DNA of 59,828 nucleotides, the filler included, from Platydemus manokwari (lineage: Eukaryota), in NCBI GenBank assembly GCA_037951405.1. It is 5 parts of 5 records of this genome, joined end to end, with 100 filler letters (N's around TTAATTAATTAA, not from the genome) between each part and the next. Parts side by side here need not be neighbours in the genome. Positions count along the whole stretch, not along the records: positions 14,226 to 30,286 come from JBBMOY011202543.1; positions 30,387 to 41,464 come from JBBMOY010924419.1; 3 more parts are not named here. One strand, given 5' to 3'. Positions within the stretch are counted from its first letter, which is position 1. Each line of letters opens with the position of its first letter. Made by a program: the position numbers and the translations under genes. The notes under the pieces are model-generated. The model was not told where the DNA came from and searched no databases. It saw only the letters and a program-made list of their open reading frames with translations. Below are positions 25,923 to 40,100 of this stretch, piece by piece.

Positions 25923-27703
25923 TTCATATTTTGACTGCCTTATATAACTTCAACATTATGCAACTCTGATAATAGTATTTGGCGTGATTATGTAATATGT
26001 AGGAAATTTAGAAAATTCACGGAGCTTTAATAATAGGTCAGATACGAGTAGAATATTTATCGATAGGATAAATAAACAGTCTAAATTTGTACTTTTCAAT
26101 TTTTTATACAACGGGGAATAACACTGGAATGGTGGTGTGTGTATCAGGTTAGATGCCTTGAGGGTTATATATACTAGGATTTTCTTGATATTGTTAGATT
26201 ATTATTATTAGATTACTTAATTAATAGATTAAATTGTAATGCATTATAAAATAAAAATTAAAGTCATAGCCATAGGACAACGAGTTAACAAAAGTCAAAT
26301 TGCCAATGGACTCAGCACTCGAAATAAAAATATGCAAAAGGTAACCGACTGTAAAAGATTAGCAATTTTTGTAATTTTTAATTTGTGTGTATCAATCAAT
26401 TTCTTGTCTATTAAGGTCTCTTAAGGATTTTTATTGGAAGTTTCTTTTAATTCTTATTTGGTATTGCACCTTTAATATAAGAGCCTCTGACCGGACACTG
26501 TCTATAGATGTGTACGACAATCAACAATATGAATTTTTTAGTCTTACTGTTTTTATTAATTTTGAAACACATCTTAGATTGATAACATGAATTTTACACT
26601 TAATTGTGAAAAAAATTTATGGCGCTTAGTGGAATAAAATGAAATTCTAGTGTATAAATCAATGAGGATAACTAAAAGTAAAACCTACACATTAAATTAT
26701 TTTTAATTCAAATAAATCATTTTAAAAATTAAGTCATTGTCAAAATGTTTACAAAGTTTTTTAAATTGTTATAAAAAAGAAAATAAATTTTTGATTTTTA
26801 ATATTGGGAGTACCCATCCAAATTGCCCAACTCACCCTCGTCATCATCACAATTCACTATTAATAGAACAATACACAGATACCCATGTACAGTACACACC
26901 ATGTATTTCATTCAGAACAACAACACACGTATATCCATGTACAGTATAGACCCATGCATTGCATACTCTCTTGGCTATGGATAAAATCAAGTCCAAAGAA
27001 GAGCGTGAAAGGAAGTCAATTCAGAATCAAAAAGCAAAAGACAATATGATCTTAAAACTGTTTTGAATTGTTTTGCATAACATACGACAATAAACAATTT
27101 ACTGTGTTCGAAGCAATTTTATATTTATGTTTTGAGACAATTTTTCTAGTAATTTTATAATTTTTCAATTTACGTTGTGAACTTTATATTATTTATTTTT
27201 ATGTAAAAAAATAGATGGATAAGAATTTTGGCAGATATGGAAATAAAAATAAAATAATGTAATATAATAAAATAATATAATAAAATAAATTATAACATAA
27301 TGAGATAAAAATAGGTCAAAAAATCGGAGGCCATGAAGGCCACGTACGCACCTAAAAATAGTAACGCTGCTGCGGTATAAATACCGAGCAGTTACCAGCC
27401 ACAAAATCTGAAAGAAACCATTAAAATGCTAAACAGAAAGTCTACACATAGAAATAGTCGAGCTGAGTATTATTCACTGCATTGGGAAGCGGAATAAACT
27501 ACTGATCGATTATCATGGAGTTGTGGATCTTTCTTTAGATAACAAATTACTTTGAGAGGAGTAAGAATTATTTATTTTGTTTTCGATTAATTTTCCTCAT
27601 TCTCAATCCATCTATTTAACTTTTGATAAAAGTTTAATTACATTTTAATATCATTTATATTTAATAAGTTACATATTAAGAATCTATTCAACACAATCAT
27701 ACA

Positions 27704-27759
<56 letters not shown>
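27704..27759. repeat. (ATT)n microsatellite (about 18 units)
   Basis: Perfect ATT run. Confidence 0.97.
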
Positions 27760-27969
27760 GCCATCAATAGAAATGAAAAATAATAATTAAATCCAAAATG
27801 GTAATAATAATAGAAACAAATTGATATAAATAAAACATAAATAATAAATTAATGTAATTAATTTAAAAGCTCGTTAGTTTAATTAAGATAATAATATCAA
27901 AGATGAAATTAAAGATAATAATAATAACATCAGTAATAATGATAACATCAATAATAATAATAATAATAT

Positions 27970-28507
27970 TGTTAGCCGCCACTATTTTAAAAGCCACACA
28001 CTCAAAATGAACTGAAAAGTCACGACAACCAAATATCTATTTAAGTACAAATTTAATTTTATTTAAAATTAGAATTAAATTAGAATAATACTATCGAATA
28101 TTCTAAATATTTTATTACACAAAAACTCTAAGTCTTCTATCATTTAATATCTTCTTTCATTTCTTCATTATATCTGCTTTTATATCATCTTTTATATCTT
28201 CTACAACTTCTTTATATCTTTCTTATATTTTCTCAAAATCGTCTCAGTACCTTCTTCCTTCTTTTCTATAATTTTCAGTCATTGATATTTTCAGAATCGA
28301 ATGCAGATGCTTGGGCGCCATGCTAGCAGCTACTATTTTAAAAATCACACATTAAAAACGAACTGAAAGGTCAAGACATCAAAAATCTATTTTAATGCAA
28401 ATATTAAAACAAATAAATTTAATTTTATATAAATAAGATTTTATATAAAATTAGAATTAAATTAGAATTAAAAATTTAATAATATTATTAATAATAAAAA
28501 TATCACA
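27970..28507 (-). mobile_element. TRIM-like mini LTR element, copy B, with tRNA-Lys-like primer-binding site
   Basis: Direct repeats 27970-28119 and 28321-28507 both start with TG and end with CA and share CTATTTTAAAA..CACAC..AACTGAAA.GTCA.GACA and AAAATTAGAATTAAATTAGAAT. On the minus strand the upstream LTR end ..TAGCA is followed at once by TGGCGCCCAA (28320-28311). The internal region is about 200 bp, purine-rich and non-coding. No clear TSD. Confidence 0.6.
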
Positions 28508-29460
28508 AAACTAACAGTAATAATATTAATAATGATATTAATAATAATAATAATAATTTTTTGTATTTCGTTCAATTCTATTATTAATTATAAACTTGAT
28601 AATATTAATAAATTCTTTTCTAAATGAAGCTTGACAGTCGGAAATGCGGAAAATCAGATTGTAAAACTGATAAAAAAAGGATTTGAAATGTTAATATTGT
28701 TTTAGATTTTTCAGCTTTTCTATTGGATAAATAATTTGAAAATATTTTCATTCGCTACCAATCACAAATCGTGATCATTTAATAATACCCAGTAGTCTGT
28801 GTTAATGTGACAAATCTATCTCAACAAGGCTATTGTTAAGCTGGCAGCAATGATTTCTATTAGAATAGACTGTTTATCGATTTGACAATAATATGTTGGA
28901 CTAGACAATTAGATACCCTAAAAGTTATTCTAGTGAATTATTACTTTTTGTGAAGAGATTTTCCAAAAATTTACAGGTGAGTTTTACAGTTGATTTTTGT
29001 ATGTATTTTTAAACGATATTTTTCCAAAGATATTTCCGTTGGTTATTTGCTAGCTCTATTGTTAAATGATCTTTTTGGTTTTTATTCGAAACTTCAATAG
29101 ATAAAATAATTTAATGATTGTTCATGATTTGGTTTTGTGGAGAATGTCAACTTAATCGAACTTGTCGTATAGACGAGAGAAATATCTGAAAATAAAAATT
29201 GTAATGAAGTAAAATGATATTCAGACGTCCAGTAAAAGGACTCCAAATAAAAATTTTCTCAATAAATTTCAAATTCCTATTTTAAAAACTGAAGTGAAAG
29301 GTTCTTTCATAATATTATCCAGTAACTTAACGGTATTTTATATAAAATTATCGGTTATTTTCTTCATTGTGAACTTTTCTTTCAATTCTCTAAAACGATC
29401 GAAATTATTTTTGAAAGAAATATTCTCACATAAAATCGAAATGCAGTCTCAGAAAGTTCA

Positions 29461-29524
29461 CGAGGCTAAGTAGTAAGTGATAATTCAATCGGGTAAGCTG
29501 TGTGTTCGAATACACTAATAAGCG
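29461..29524 (+). repeat. Degenerate tRNA-like sequence (possible tRNA-derived SINE head)
   Basis: A-box-like AGGCTAAGTAG and a B-box/T-arm-like GTGTG-TTCGAA-TACAC hairpin about 30 nt apart. No convincing cloverleaf. Confidence 0.3.
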
Positions 29525-30286
29525 AATTATCAAACAGGTATAAAATCAATATCGAACGACAGAAGTTTCACAAAACTAGTTAAACAATACCTGTTCTACT
29601 AATTGTACTAGCTAGTAAATTAAAAAAACACTCACAGAACTTACGAAATTGAAATAACAAAAAATTATAAGAACATAACTGGGACAATTTACATGGAGAG
29701 AATGTATTGGTACTATGTTGTATGCTATTTCTTCATAAATATTTTATCTAACAAGCTCGTTATTAATAATGAGAAAAATATCTTCGTTATCAAATTGCAT
29801 CGGATAGTTTTTTGTTGAATTCAGTGTGGAATTTTTGGATAAAGAAATTTTTTCATTTTTTTTTCATAAAACACACCCTCTTGGTCAGTTGGGACTCGGT
29901 TAGCAATACATATTTTGCGTGATATTCCACTCACAATTTTCATTTCTCCTCAGACCACTTGTACATCGGAGAAAAGAAATCCGAAAATCGTCGGAAATCT
30001 TATATCGATATTGTAATTATCGTCAAGCACAAGAAATTGTTCGTTCGTATTTAGGTGAAATTTTTAATAAATCTCAGCAGACAAAGTCTTGTGTTGAGGG
30101 AAATGATGAAACGATTTTATTCTCGGTTAATAATTATTCCTTTATGGAAAGTCGTTTAATTTGTTTTTTTTTAATATTTTCTTCGTAACGGATTTTAGTG
30201 TAAAACCGGATATTTAGATAAGTTTACAACAATGGTTATCAATTAGAATATTAGCCATTAAACAATATTTCCTGGTAAATCTTCAT

Positions 30287-30386
30287 NNNNNNNNNNNNNN
30301 NNNNNNNNNNNNNNNNNNNNNNNNNNNNNNTTAATTAATTAANNNNNNNNNNNNNNNNNNNNNNNNNNNNNNNNNNNNNNNNNNNN
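30287..30386. other. Artificial contig linker
   Basis: 44N + TTAATTAATTAA + 44N. Confidence 0.99.
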
Positions 30387-30500
30387 TATTATCGCGATAA
30401 TAATAAGAATGGCAATAACGATATTATTATCACAATAATAATAATAATAAGAATAAGAATAAGAAGAATAATAATAATAATAATAATAATAATAAGAATA
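30387..30500. repeat. (AAT/AAG)n low-complexity microsatellite at contig edge
   Basis: Runs of AAT interspersed with AAG. Confidence 0.85.
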
Positions 30501-31759
30501 CTGACCTTATAATAATAATTTCAAATAAAAATAAATCAGAAAAATTAAATCCATATATTTTTGTTTATCTTTTATCGTTAATATTGCGAAACTTTCTAAA
30601 TGGATAATTTTCCAAAAGAACGAATTTGATTAATTTTTCTTTGCCAAGATAATTTGGATCGATATCTGTGATGGATTTTTATTTACTGAAAATAAAATTA
30701 ATATTTCCCATCCAATCCAATTAGTGATGCCAAAAATAAAGCTCAAAAATCATTTCGTTTCTCGAAAATGTGTTTTTATCTTTAAAGGCTATTTTTTATA
30801 ATTGTAGTAGTTTTTGATAAAATTTATTGACGAAAGGAAACTGGTCTCATTTCTCTTTGTCATCGTCAAAGTTGGAATTTTTGTGTTATATAATCGTTAT
30901 ACAATCATAAAAGTGTCTTTTGCCGTGAATCAATGTGAGCATGGGAATTCATGATAAATCTGCTGTGATGTCTTAAATCACTGTTTTACATAAATGCCAC
31001 AATTTTTAATGAAATTCTCAATAATTGTTTCAAAAACACACACAACTACATTTTGTCAAAGTCTCAGCAATTCATAGAACATTTAATGTTCTTACAAAAT
31101 CGTTTTGGATGCACCATGGGAGGTAGTTAAGTGAAATTGATGATATCTATGTTGATGTAATGTCTGAAATTGGTGACATCATCACATGGTATTTTCGAAA
31201 CTAATTATTTTAACAGAGCATATATTACAGCTTATTAATGTTGTGCTTTTTTAATTTATCTATCAGCCATGTAAAAATTGATTTTAACCCAAGATAATTA
31301 ATGACTAAGCCTTTAAAATGCTACAGAGATCTAGCTAGAGTGAAAAAATATCTTTATAAGATTATATGAATACAATATCAATTATAAGTTAATAATAAAT
31401 AATAATTTAATAATAAAATTCAATGCATATTATTGAATTTTTATTTCTTGATTTTTCATTCGTTCTCTATTCGAATGACAAAGCATTAGCAATAATCATT
31501 ACACTGTTATGAGATTTAAGAAAACATATTTTATTATCTTGATTTGAGGAAATTCTGTTGATCACAAAACTAAGGTTCGAAATCACTCCTCCCTCCTATG
31601 ATAATATGCATAAATTATGAATATACTTATATTCATTCATTAAAATTGATAATTGAAATACCCATACATTAAAATATGTGGTGGTTCTTTCCTTCGATCT
31701 TTCCATGAATCATAGTTCGGTAATTCAAAAGTGAAATCAATTCTTTATCCACCTTTCAG

Positions 31760-32200
31760 ATACTATTGTCTGTGATTTCTTCTTCCCATATTTTCAGCGC
31801 TGCTTTTGTTGTTGTTCTCTTTTCTGTTTGGTATTTCTATTGCAGGAAGCTCGTATTTATATTTCCACAGTTTAGTCTTTTTTGATCGCATTTCAGAGGT
31901 CCGAGTATTTTTCGGTATTCTTTTGAGCTGCTTCGGTCACTAGCGCATGTTCGTCTATGGGACATTTTACATCTATCAGGACGATCGTAGATTTTCCATC
32001 ATTTATTAGTTGAAGATTTACAGTTATTTTGGATTCAGTGAATTGGCAGCTTTGCTCCAAGAGAATCTGTTGGTGTATTTCTTTGGCCAATACATCCATT
32101 ATTATGGCGTGCTGATAGATCACAAAATAGTAGGATTAGTTTTAGCATTCGAAAACATATGTTTGCAGTTCCACTTCATATAAACATTTTCTGCGTTTTC
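31760..32200 (-). mobile_element. RLE-type non-LTR retrotransposon 3' fragment (R2/NeSL-like zinc knuckle plus restriction-like endonuclease)
   Basis: RKCLYEVE.. (degenerate CCHC knuckle), then IYQHAIIMDVLAKEI (RHN-like) and STIVLIDVKCPIDEHALVTEAAQKNTEKYSDL, matching the 'IIDV.CP...A...K..KY..L' RLE motif. Frameshifted. Confidence 0.7.
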
Positions 32201-34199
32201 TAACCATTCACAGTCTGAAAACCTTTCAAATTCATATTATGAATTGTATTGAAAATTATTCAAAAATCATAATCAATACCTTGGAACAAGATGTTTGCAA
32301 ATATAAAAAGGAATCGACTCTTAAGAAGAACTCCCAGTCGGGAAAATTATCGAATCTTTTTCATTTTTCAGGTACTGATCCCACTTTTCGATTAGACGTT
32401 GATTCTTGATTTTCGTTTTATTTTATTGCTGTTTAACGCGGTATGACAACATTATATTGAATATGCTTTCAAATTTTTGTCTTGGACAAGAGCAGACTTG
32501 TTATTCAATGACTTTTATCCGTAACAAAAAATTACCATCAACCATATCAAAATTTATATCGATTTAATGCAGTCAATGAAAACTCTGAAAACCCAATTAT
32601 CATCATAATTTTCTAAAAACATATTTACATTTTATTATCTACAAATTCAAAAATTTTAATTTTTAATTTAATTAGGTATACTAGATGTTCAACAGCGAAC
32701 CTCCCAAACCTAAATTTATAAAAATATTCTCTTTAAAATTCTATTTTTATATTGAAATGCTATAATTCTTGGATACCTTTTGTATGGAGAAATATATTCA
32801 CATCATTAGCAACGGCACTAACTTTTTTGTCTTAATTATAGTCACAGGGTTTGCCATGAGGTTTTGTTGTTTACAATTTTAGTTGATTCGAATCTCTCAA
32901 TTAAATAAATAATTGATTTTCGATTAAAGATCTGCAATAAACATTTTAAGAAAATCGTACAAAGTTTTAACAAACTTTAGATTAATATGCAATTTTTAGT
33001 CGTTTGACATTATGGCGTGGTTGTTATTGAAGAAGCTCATATAAATCAAATAATCAATAATCAAAAGAATTTGAATTTTCAAAATTAGTTTAAATTATTG
33101 CAATACAACGAACGCCGTTTTCAAATATTCAATAAATTCCTGATTATTTTTCTTAGTGTGTGTTCGCTGTGAAGCGCATTGTATCATTCGTAAATTCTTA
33201 GGCACCTCGATATAAAGGATTAATATTTTACGTGTATCATCAAAATTTAAAATAGCTGGAATTATTCTTTTACCGATTAATAATTAATAAGAATTTGATT
33301 CCCAGCAGATATTGATTTTCATTCACGCCAAGCTGATATCACTAAATCCAAAACATCCACAAGATTATTGAGAGATCTAATTAGTGGTTTCTATTGATGG
33401 GAAAGTAGCCATGAAATGTTACAATGGTAACCATTGATATTTCCAATCCAAACTATATTTTTCGCTTTTCTAAACTAATTTATGTTAAAACAAAAAATCA
33501 TCGTAGTCCATAGAAAAGATTTGTGAATAGTGGTTTATTGAATTGAGTTGTATTGGTATAAAATTTTTAGACTTTTTATAATAATATTTTTTCTATATCT
33601 TATATCATATAATTGTCAAACCAAAATAATTTTATAAGGATTAATCTCTTTAAATTTGAATTTAAAGTTTTCCTCATTCATATCCAATAAATTCGTAGTT
33701 ATTTTGAATAATATGTTGATATGACACCAAAATCCAATAACATTAAGTTTCGATTCAAATCAGTATTCATGTGTCGTAATAAGGAGGTCGAGTAAAAGTG
33801 GTTTGGGGTTTGAATTAACAATTGAGCGATTTTTAAAAAATGTATGTTTGATATCCTATTTGAAACTGATGAGTGGAAAAAATTAAGGAACCGGTCTATT
33901 TATTGACATGCATTTTGAATATATATTATATTCAGAATATCCTTCATTAGAGCTATACCTCATTAGAATAGTCCTTATCAAAGCAACCTGAAAGCTATAT
34001 TATAAGTCACCAAAAGAAATTGAAAGATTCAATACCAGATAAAAAAAAAAGCATAAAGTATTTTTCCAAACGACTTTTAGTTTAAAATAACTCTTTAAAG
34101 AAGTAAAAATCAATAATTAATATTTATTTAAAAATATATACGGATTTTATGGTAATTTTAACAAGTCAAGATTCCAGAACATGATTAGTAAAAATTTCT

Positions 34200-37100
34200 G
34201 AAGATTGATACAGATATCAAATATATTAATATAGGCGGTTTTTAAAAATCTTTGGTTTGCTAGGTCACACTCTACTTACATGCTACGTTCCATAAATTTT
34301 GGCTATTTGGATGATTGGTTGACTTCATCTTGTTAGTGTGAATGAATGGAATATAATCATTTCGTCGGTTTTCGACTCTGAATTGTTGTCATTTTCATTG
34401 AAGACTCGAGCATTATACTTGAATTGATATTATTGGCTTCAGTGCCGAAAGTACTGATGAAATTCGATTACTAAAACATTTGTTGATTTCTAACTTGATA
34501 TACTGATCTACACTGATGTATTAATCTATTTTGACAGAATCATAATTTCCTGGAAATATAGCAATTAGACTCCACCGACAAGATTCAGAGCATACGATAA
34601 TAAATTGTCTAATCTGATCTCATCGATTGCGTTTATCACTTTAGTCCCTTGTATTCCTCTAGAATTCTAATGTAAGCTGCTTATATTAATCTCGGGAATT
34701 CTGATAACTAGAATCTGTTTTTTCCGAGAATTCGAGACTAGTTTTTCCCTGTGATCATCACTGGAACGCTTTAAGTTTAACCAATATGCGTCTTTGAATC
34801 AATTTTTGTTAACGTTAGTTATGGGAATTATGGTTCAAAAATTACGACCTATCTAAAGAGTAGATATTCTGCAAAACATAAACTCGAAAAAGCAAATAAT
34901 CGTATTTTAACTATCCATTGCAATCTAATCAAGGACTCTGAAATTGGGTCAAATAAGGATATCATTGATAAGTTGCGGTGAATATATAGCTTGGAATACC
35001 AGATCTTTCCCTTCGACTGCTGTTCCAATGCGAGGCCTCGAAGAGAGGTGGCAAGGGCGTATAATCTCCTGTTTGGTCTTAAAGTTCTGAGATTATTCAA
35101 TTTTCGGTCACTGGAATTTACATCAGTGCTCGACGCCATATCAATGAAGTTAGGAATCTCCTCTGACTTGTAGGTCCGATCTTTCCATCACTTTAAGAAG
35201 CACCCTCATTTGGTGGTAATAACAAATCTGAGCAGATGGCCGAATATTCGAGGGACAGTAGCATAGTCAACTTGGTGATGTTCTTTTTTGTTATTCCAAG
35301 AACCTCGAGTACATTGAGTGTCTTCTGTGGAATCGACCCCAATGACTTCCCTAAGATAGTAAGAATAATCATGGTGCAATGAGGTTTGTATTCTTTTATT
35401 AAATCTCATAATTAAACATAATGGGCTAAGTTCCTGTCGTCGGCTTGTTTCATTAGGCGCTCTTCATTGAGTTGGCATTTATTATATTCATTTATATTCG
35501 ACGATCCAAACTGTTATCTATGTAAATCAACGAGAAATTTTGAAACAGTATCAAGATAAGATACAGTTTCTTTTACATTTACCATGTTATCTAGGGAATT
35601 AAGAAACTGGTGAACCTGTCTCAATCAATCATCATGTCTTTGAACAATTAGAGTCATCTGCGGCATGACTGTAATATACGTGTTACCTCAGTGTGAACAT
35701 AACATCGACCACAGTAACTGTTCTAGAGATTATTGTTTTAGCTCAAATTTTAGCAAATGACTCTTCAAAGTACATTGAAATTTTCAATCTAAAACCATTT
35801 ACTCTAATTACCTACCTATGGCAAACAGCGTCGTTCATACAAATACGAACACTTTCTCTGTGAAGTTCAAACAGCGCTAACTACTCGCAAGCACCAGGTT
35901 TTCTGGGAGGCCTTACAACGAACTGGTTCACCAGTGCCTTTTAACCATCTCAATCCATTAATTAATGACTATATTGGTCTGAGGTACTGGTTCCTCGATC
36001 AGTCTCGTTCTGGTAATATGTCTATGTTTACGAACAAGTACATTGATCAGTTTAAAAGCCTGGATTATCTGTTGTAGATGATACAGGTCTAACAGATCCC
36101 AGATACCAGCACCTTGTAGAGATAGTAAGTATTCGAATAGGTCAGTAGATGTAAAATGTTTCTCACCACTCCTTTAAAACAAGCAGTTAATTCCCTTGAT
36201 ATAACAGATTTTTCAGATACCTTTGGTGCCCTTTAAGAACATATTTTAATTTCTCTGATGACCTTAGCAGGTCAGAACCTGTTAAATTTGCACATCTCAC
36301 AGTTATGTCTGAAATGTCGAACAAGGAGTTTGGTTTTTCTCGTATCCAACAGAGGCCTCTGGATATTGGCAAAACTCTCAGGGTATATATGCAATATCAT
36401 CAGAACATACAAGTATAGAAACTTTTTTACAGAAATTATCATAAGGTAAAATATCATCCGAATCAATTGCGACCAACAGTGGTTGATGAAAATATCAAAA
36501 AGGAGCATTTAAATGGAGAAACTCTGTTTTTCTCATACTTTGAGTGAAATTTCTGACGTGCACTTGTTTTAAGTAGTCACGTATGTCTTTGATGATCGCT
36601 CTAAAATTATCGCTACATGCTTTTCCATTATTTTGAACATCAGTTAGTGAGAAAAACGCTACGAATATCGATTGAGGCAACTGGTTCTAACATATAATTG
36701 TATTATTACTCAAGAATTTCAGTCAAAAGTGCATTGTGTTCAATAGAACTCTCAAATTCCATCCACTTGTGCACGGGAATCAATATAATACACTGTCTAA
36801 CCAAGTCTAACAAAAGGTCAGTCAAAATACTTGTATGCACTTTGCAGCTTGAGTTTGAAAAAGCTATAGCTACTGGATAGCATATTTAAATCAAATTTGG
36901 CTGATTTTTGAATCAGCGAGGTCCTAAAATGTCTACACTAACTTACCTTAGACACACAGATTCAAAATTTCAAGTGGATTCAAATCATATGAATCATTGG
37001 TGTAAGCTGAGCAATTCTCTTTCACGTTGGGCTCACATTTAATACATATATTCTGCTTAACAATTTTCTAAACCGTCACCTTCGGCTTGGTGAAGAAGAT
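34200..37100 (-). mobile_element. Heavily decayed LINE (APE plus reverse transcriptase); boundaries approximate
   Basis: Higher-GC block with degenerate motifs in the expected order on the minus strand: GSD(L) about 36275, VRPVS (YRPIS-like) about 36090, KA.. about 35910, AADD about 35660, FGHLLR about 35235. Many stops and frameshifts. Confidence 0.55.
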
Positions 37101-40100
37101 TTTTCTGACTTCTAAATTACACTATACATTGGAATGTATTTTCGATGTTTACTTTAAACAATTAATGATAAAATAAATAAATAAAATTAAATTTTGAATT
37201 AAATTATTACGTATAACCGGGACTCCCAAAAACTCAGCAATGATGATTATAGGTTAACTGAATAATGCCGGATGTTTTAGTTTAATTAACTGTCAGAGCG
37301 AGGATTAAGTGTTATCCTAACACTGCATAAAAAATCGAATTTCAGACAAATAAAATTCTCTTTACTGTATATGTAGAGTTGAAATTTGAAATTAAAAGAA
37401 TTTCAGTTTTTTGCATCATGAAATTTTCGTTGTAATAGTTTGAATTGATGAATGACCTGACAACAATTACTAAAAGAGTAGAGTTAATCTTTACTCAGCC
37501 ACAAACACTCAATAAGCTTATAAATTGCCAAGCTAACACTGATTCAAATCAGACGTATTTATTCTCATTTATTCAGTTTTTTTATTTTCATAGGCATAAT
37601 TTTTTATCCTTCGGGCATGGATTCAAATTTAGCGCTGCTTCATCAAATTCTGTTGTTACCTATTTATTAGTCATGAGCCAATGTTGTGATAACATTTGTA
37701 TTCTTTCTCTAAACATTGCCCTCAAATGCTTAAATTGAGTCGTAAATTAAACTTAAATATTCTATTTGACCAAATAATTATTGATGATGACGAAATCAAA
37801 ACTAAGATTTATTTCACATGAATACACTGTTGAAGATGTTGTACTTAGTGCTGAAGATGGTCAGGTCGATGACATTTACAACATAAGTCCAAGCAATTTA
37901 TTCCATGCAATTGAAATTGTCATCAAAGCAAGCTCTTCTTCAAACAGCTCTACTCAAAAAATAACCAATGATACAATAAAAAATTTAAAAGAAGTCAAGA
38001 TTGATTTACAGAAATTCATTCAAAAGAAAATTCTACAAAAGACTTGAGATGATTTTTTAAATAAATAAATAATTGTCTTTTTCTTAATAATTTCATCATT
38101 AATATGGCGATCAAGTAGATTTTAAATTCCTTTAATACCCGAATTAATTCACAATCCGAAAGGAAATCGATTTCTAATTTTTCGGATTAATGAGGATTGG
38201 CTGTATTTGAAAAATCCAGATTAAATAAGGTTAGAAATTGCCTAAGTTCATTCAAAGCATTTTTGTGCCTTTAAAAAATTTACATTAACTTTTCTCAATT
38301 ATTTAACTACTTCACAAAATTTTCTGCAATATGCTTCCAATAAGTAAATGTTCTATGATTGTTAATGAATTGATCATACAGACTTATCTACGATAAGCTT
38401 ATATTTATTCAGGAAAATCATATAAGATAAAATCCACTCGAAATATCCTGCTGTCGTTTATTTTAAATGCAACTGGTGCTCGTATGTTAGGCAACATCAT
38501 CGGTATATTTGTCTGACCACTGGCAGCGGCACGTATTATGAAATATTATAGTATATTCGTATATTCTAAAGTTATTACAATATAATGATATAAAACTATA
38601 CGATAGTTTTTACCATTAAATCCATTTGCATTGATTATATTAAAATTGATTCGAACTAACAATAATATTTTAATATTACATAATAATTACGAACATTTCC
38701 TGATACATAATATATCTTTCAAAGTAAAATATAAATAATAACTGAAACTTACATCATAATATTTTTATAAATTATATTTTACTTGAGATCAAATTTAAGA
38801 TATTCAGTCTATGAATCTGTACCTCACAGTCGCATTTCAAATAATCTGATAACTTAAATCTTAATTAATTAAACACTGCTCTTATGGCCTTTAATTCATC
38901 GGTACAAGAGAGAACTTTAAATTCATCAACTCCATAAATTGCTAAGTCGTAAACAATAGTTATTCAATTATTCCTATGCAAAAGAAATTTAATAAAACTC
39001 TTCTATCGTAGCCAGACCTGGGTAGCAAAGAAATCAAATTAAAATAATGAAATACAAAGAATAAATTATTAATTGAGTTTAGTTAATAAACATAATTTAA
39101 AAAGTACGGTATTAAACAACAAAGAAAGGAATGCACAGAATGCATTCATGACGGCCACTTACGAGGTTGACCAGCATAAATAGTTGATTAAAAAGTTGAT
39201 CAGTATCACCACAACAAAACGAACTTTTTTAATATAATAATCGAAATATAATCGAAGGTCTTAATTAGATTTGTTACATTATTGAACAAATAAAAGCTTC
39301 ATTACTATTCGATCAATAATCAGAGAATAACGACGTTTCAAATTAGCATAAAAAACTGAAAAGCTTTGATAATAGGTTTTTCTGAAAAATTTTGAGAGCT
39401 TTATCTGCATAATAAATTGAGCGTAGTAAGGTTATTATAATATTTGATTTTAATTGTATGATCAGTAATTCAGTAATTAAACACATTAAATAATTAATAA
39501 TTAAATTTTTAAAGATTTTTGTTGTCAACATATTCCGTTCGCTTTCGGATTACCAGTAATCAGCTTCCATCGTGCACTGGGGATTGAGCTAAAATTGTTT
39601 TTCTATTTTTTACTAATATTTTTTAACCGTTCCATTCTTCAATAATTTATTTATATCAATTTAGTTTTTGATCTTCCATATCGATTATAATAATTCGATA
39701 AGCAATAATTTAAATTTAATTTGTTCAGCAATGATCAATAAACGCCAGATTCAGTTAAATAACATTACATTATTAACAATTAATAAATTTCCTGATATTT
39801 AGATAAACGGTTATTATTTTCTCCGGCAGTGTAGTCATCAATACTCACTATCGAAGCCATTTAGGACCAGTAAAATCAAATCAAATAAATAATTATTTAA
39901 TAAGTTCATGAAAAATCTGAATTTTCATAGGAATTAAAAACCGGAAAATTACCTTGGTATGAAATTTTTAGTTATCCAACAGACAATCAATACAAAATTA
40001 GGAAATTGAAAAGAAAATTTTCGATTTAAATTTATCAATGATTACTTGACAAAAAACACATGTCCTTGAAATGTTATAATTTACTGTTCTTAATACCATC

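Noticed and set aside
30840-31200. CSC..PCSH words suggesting a MULE SWIM finger
   Set aside because: The words are in different frames with wrong spacing, which is insufficient evidence.
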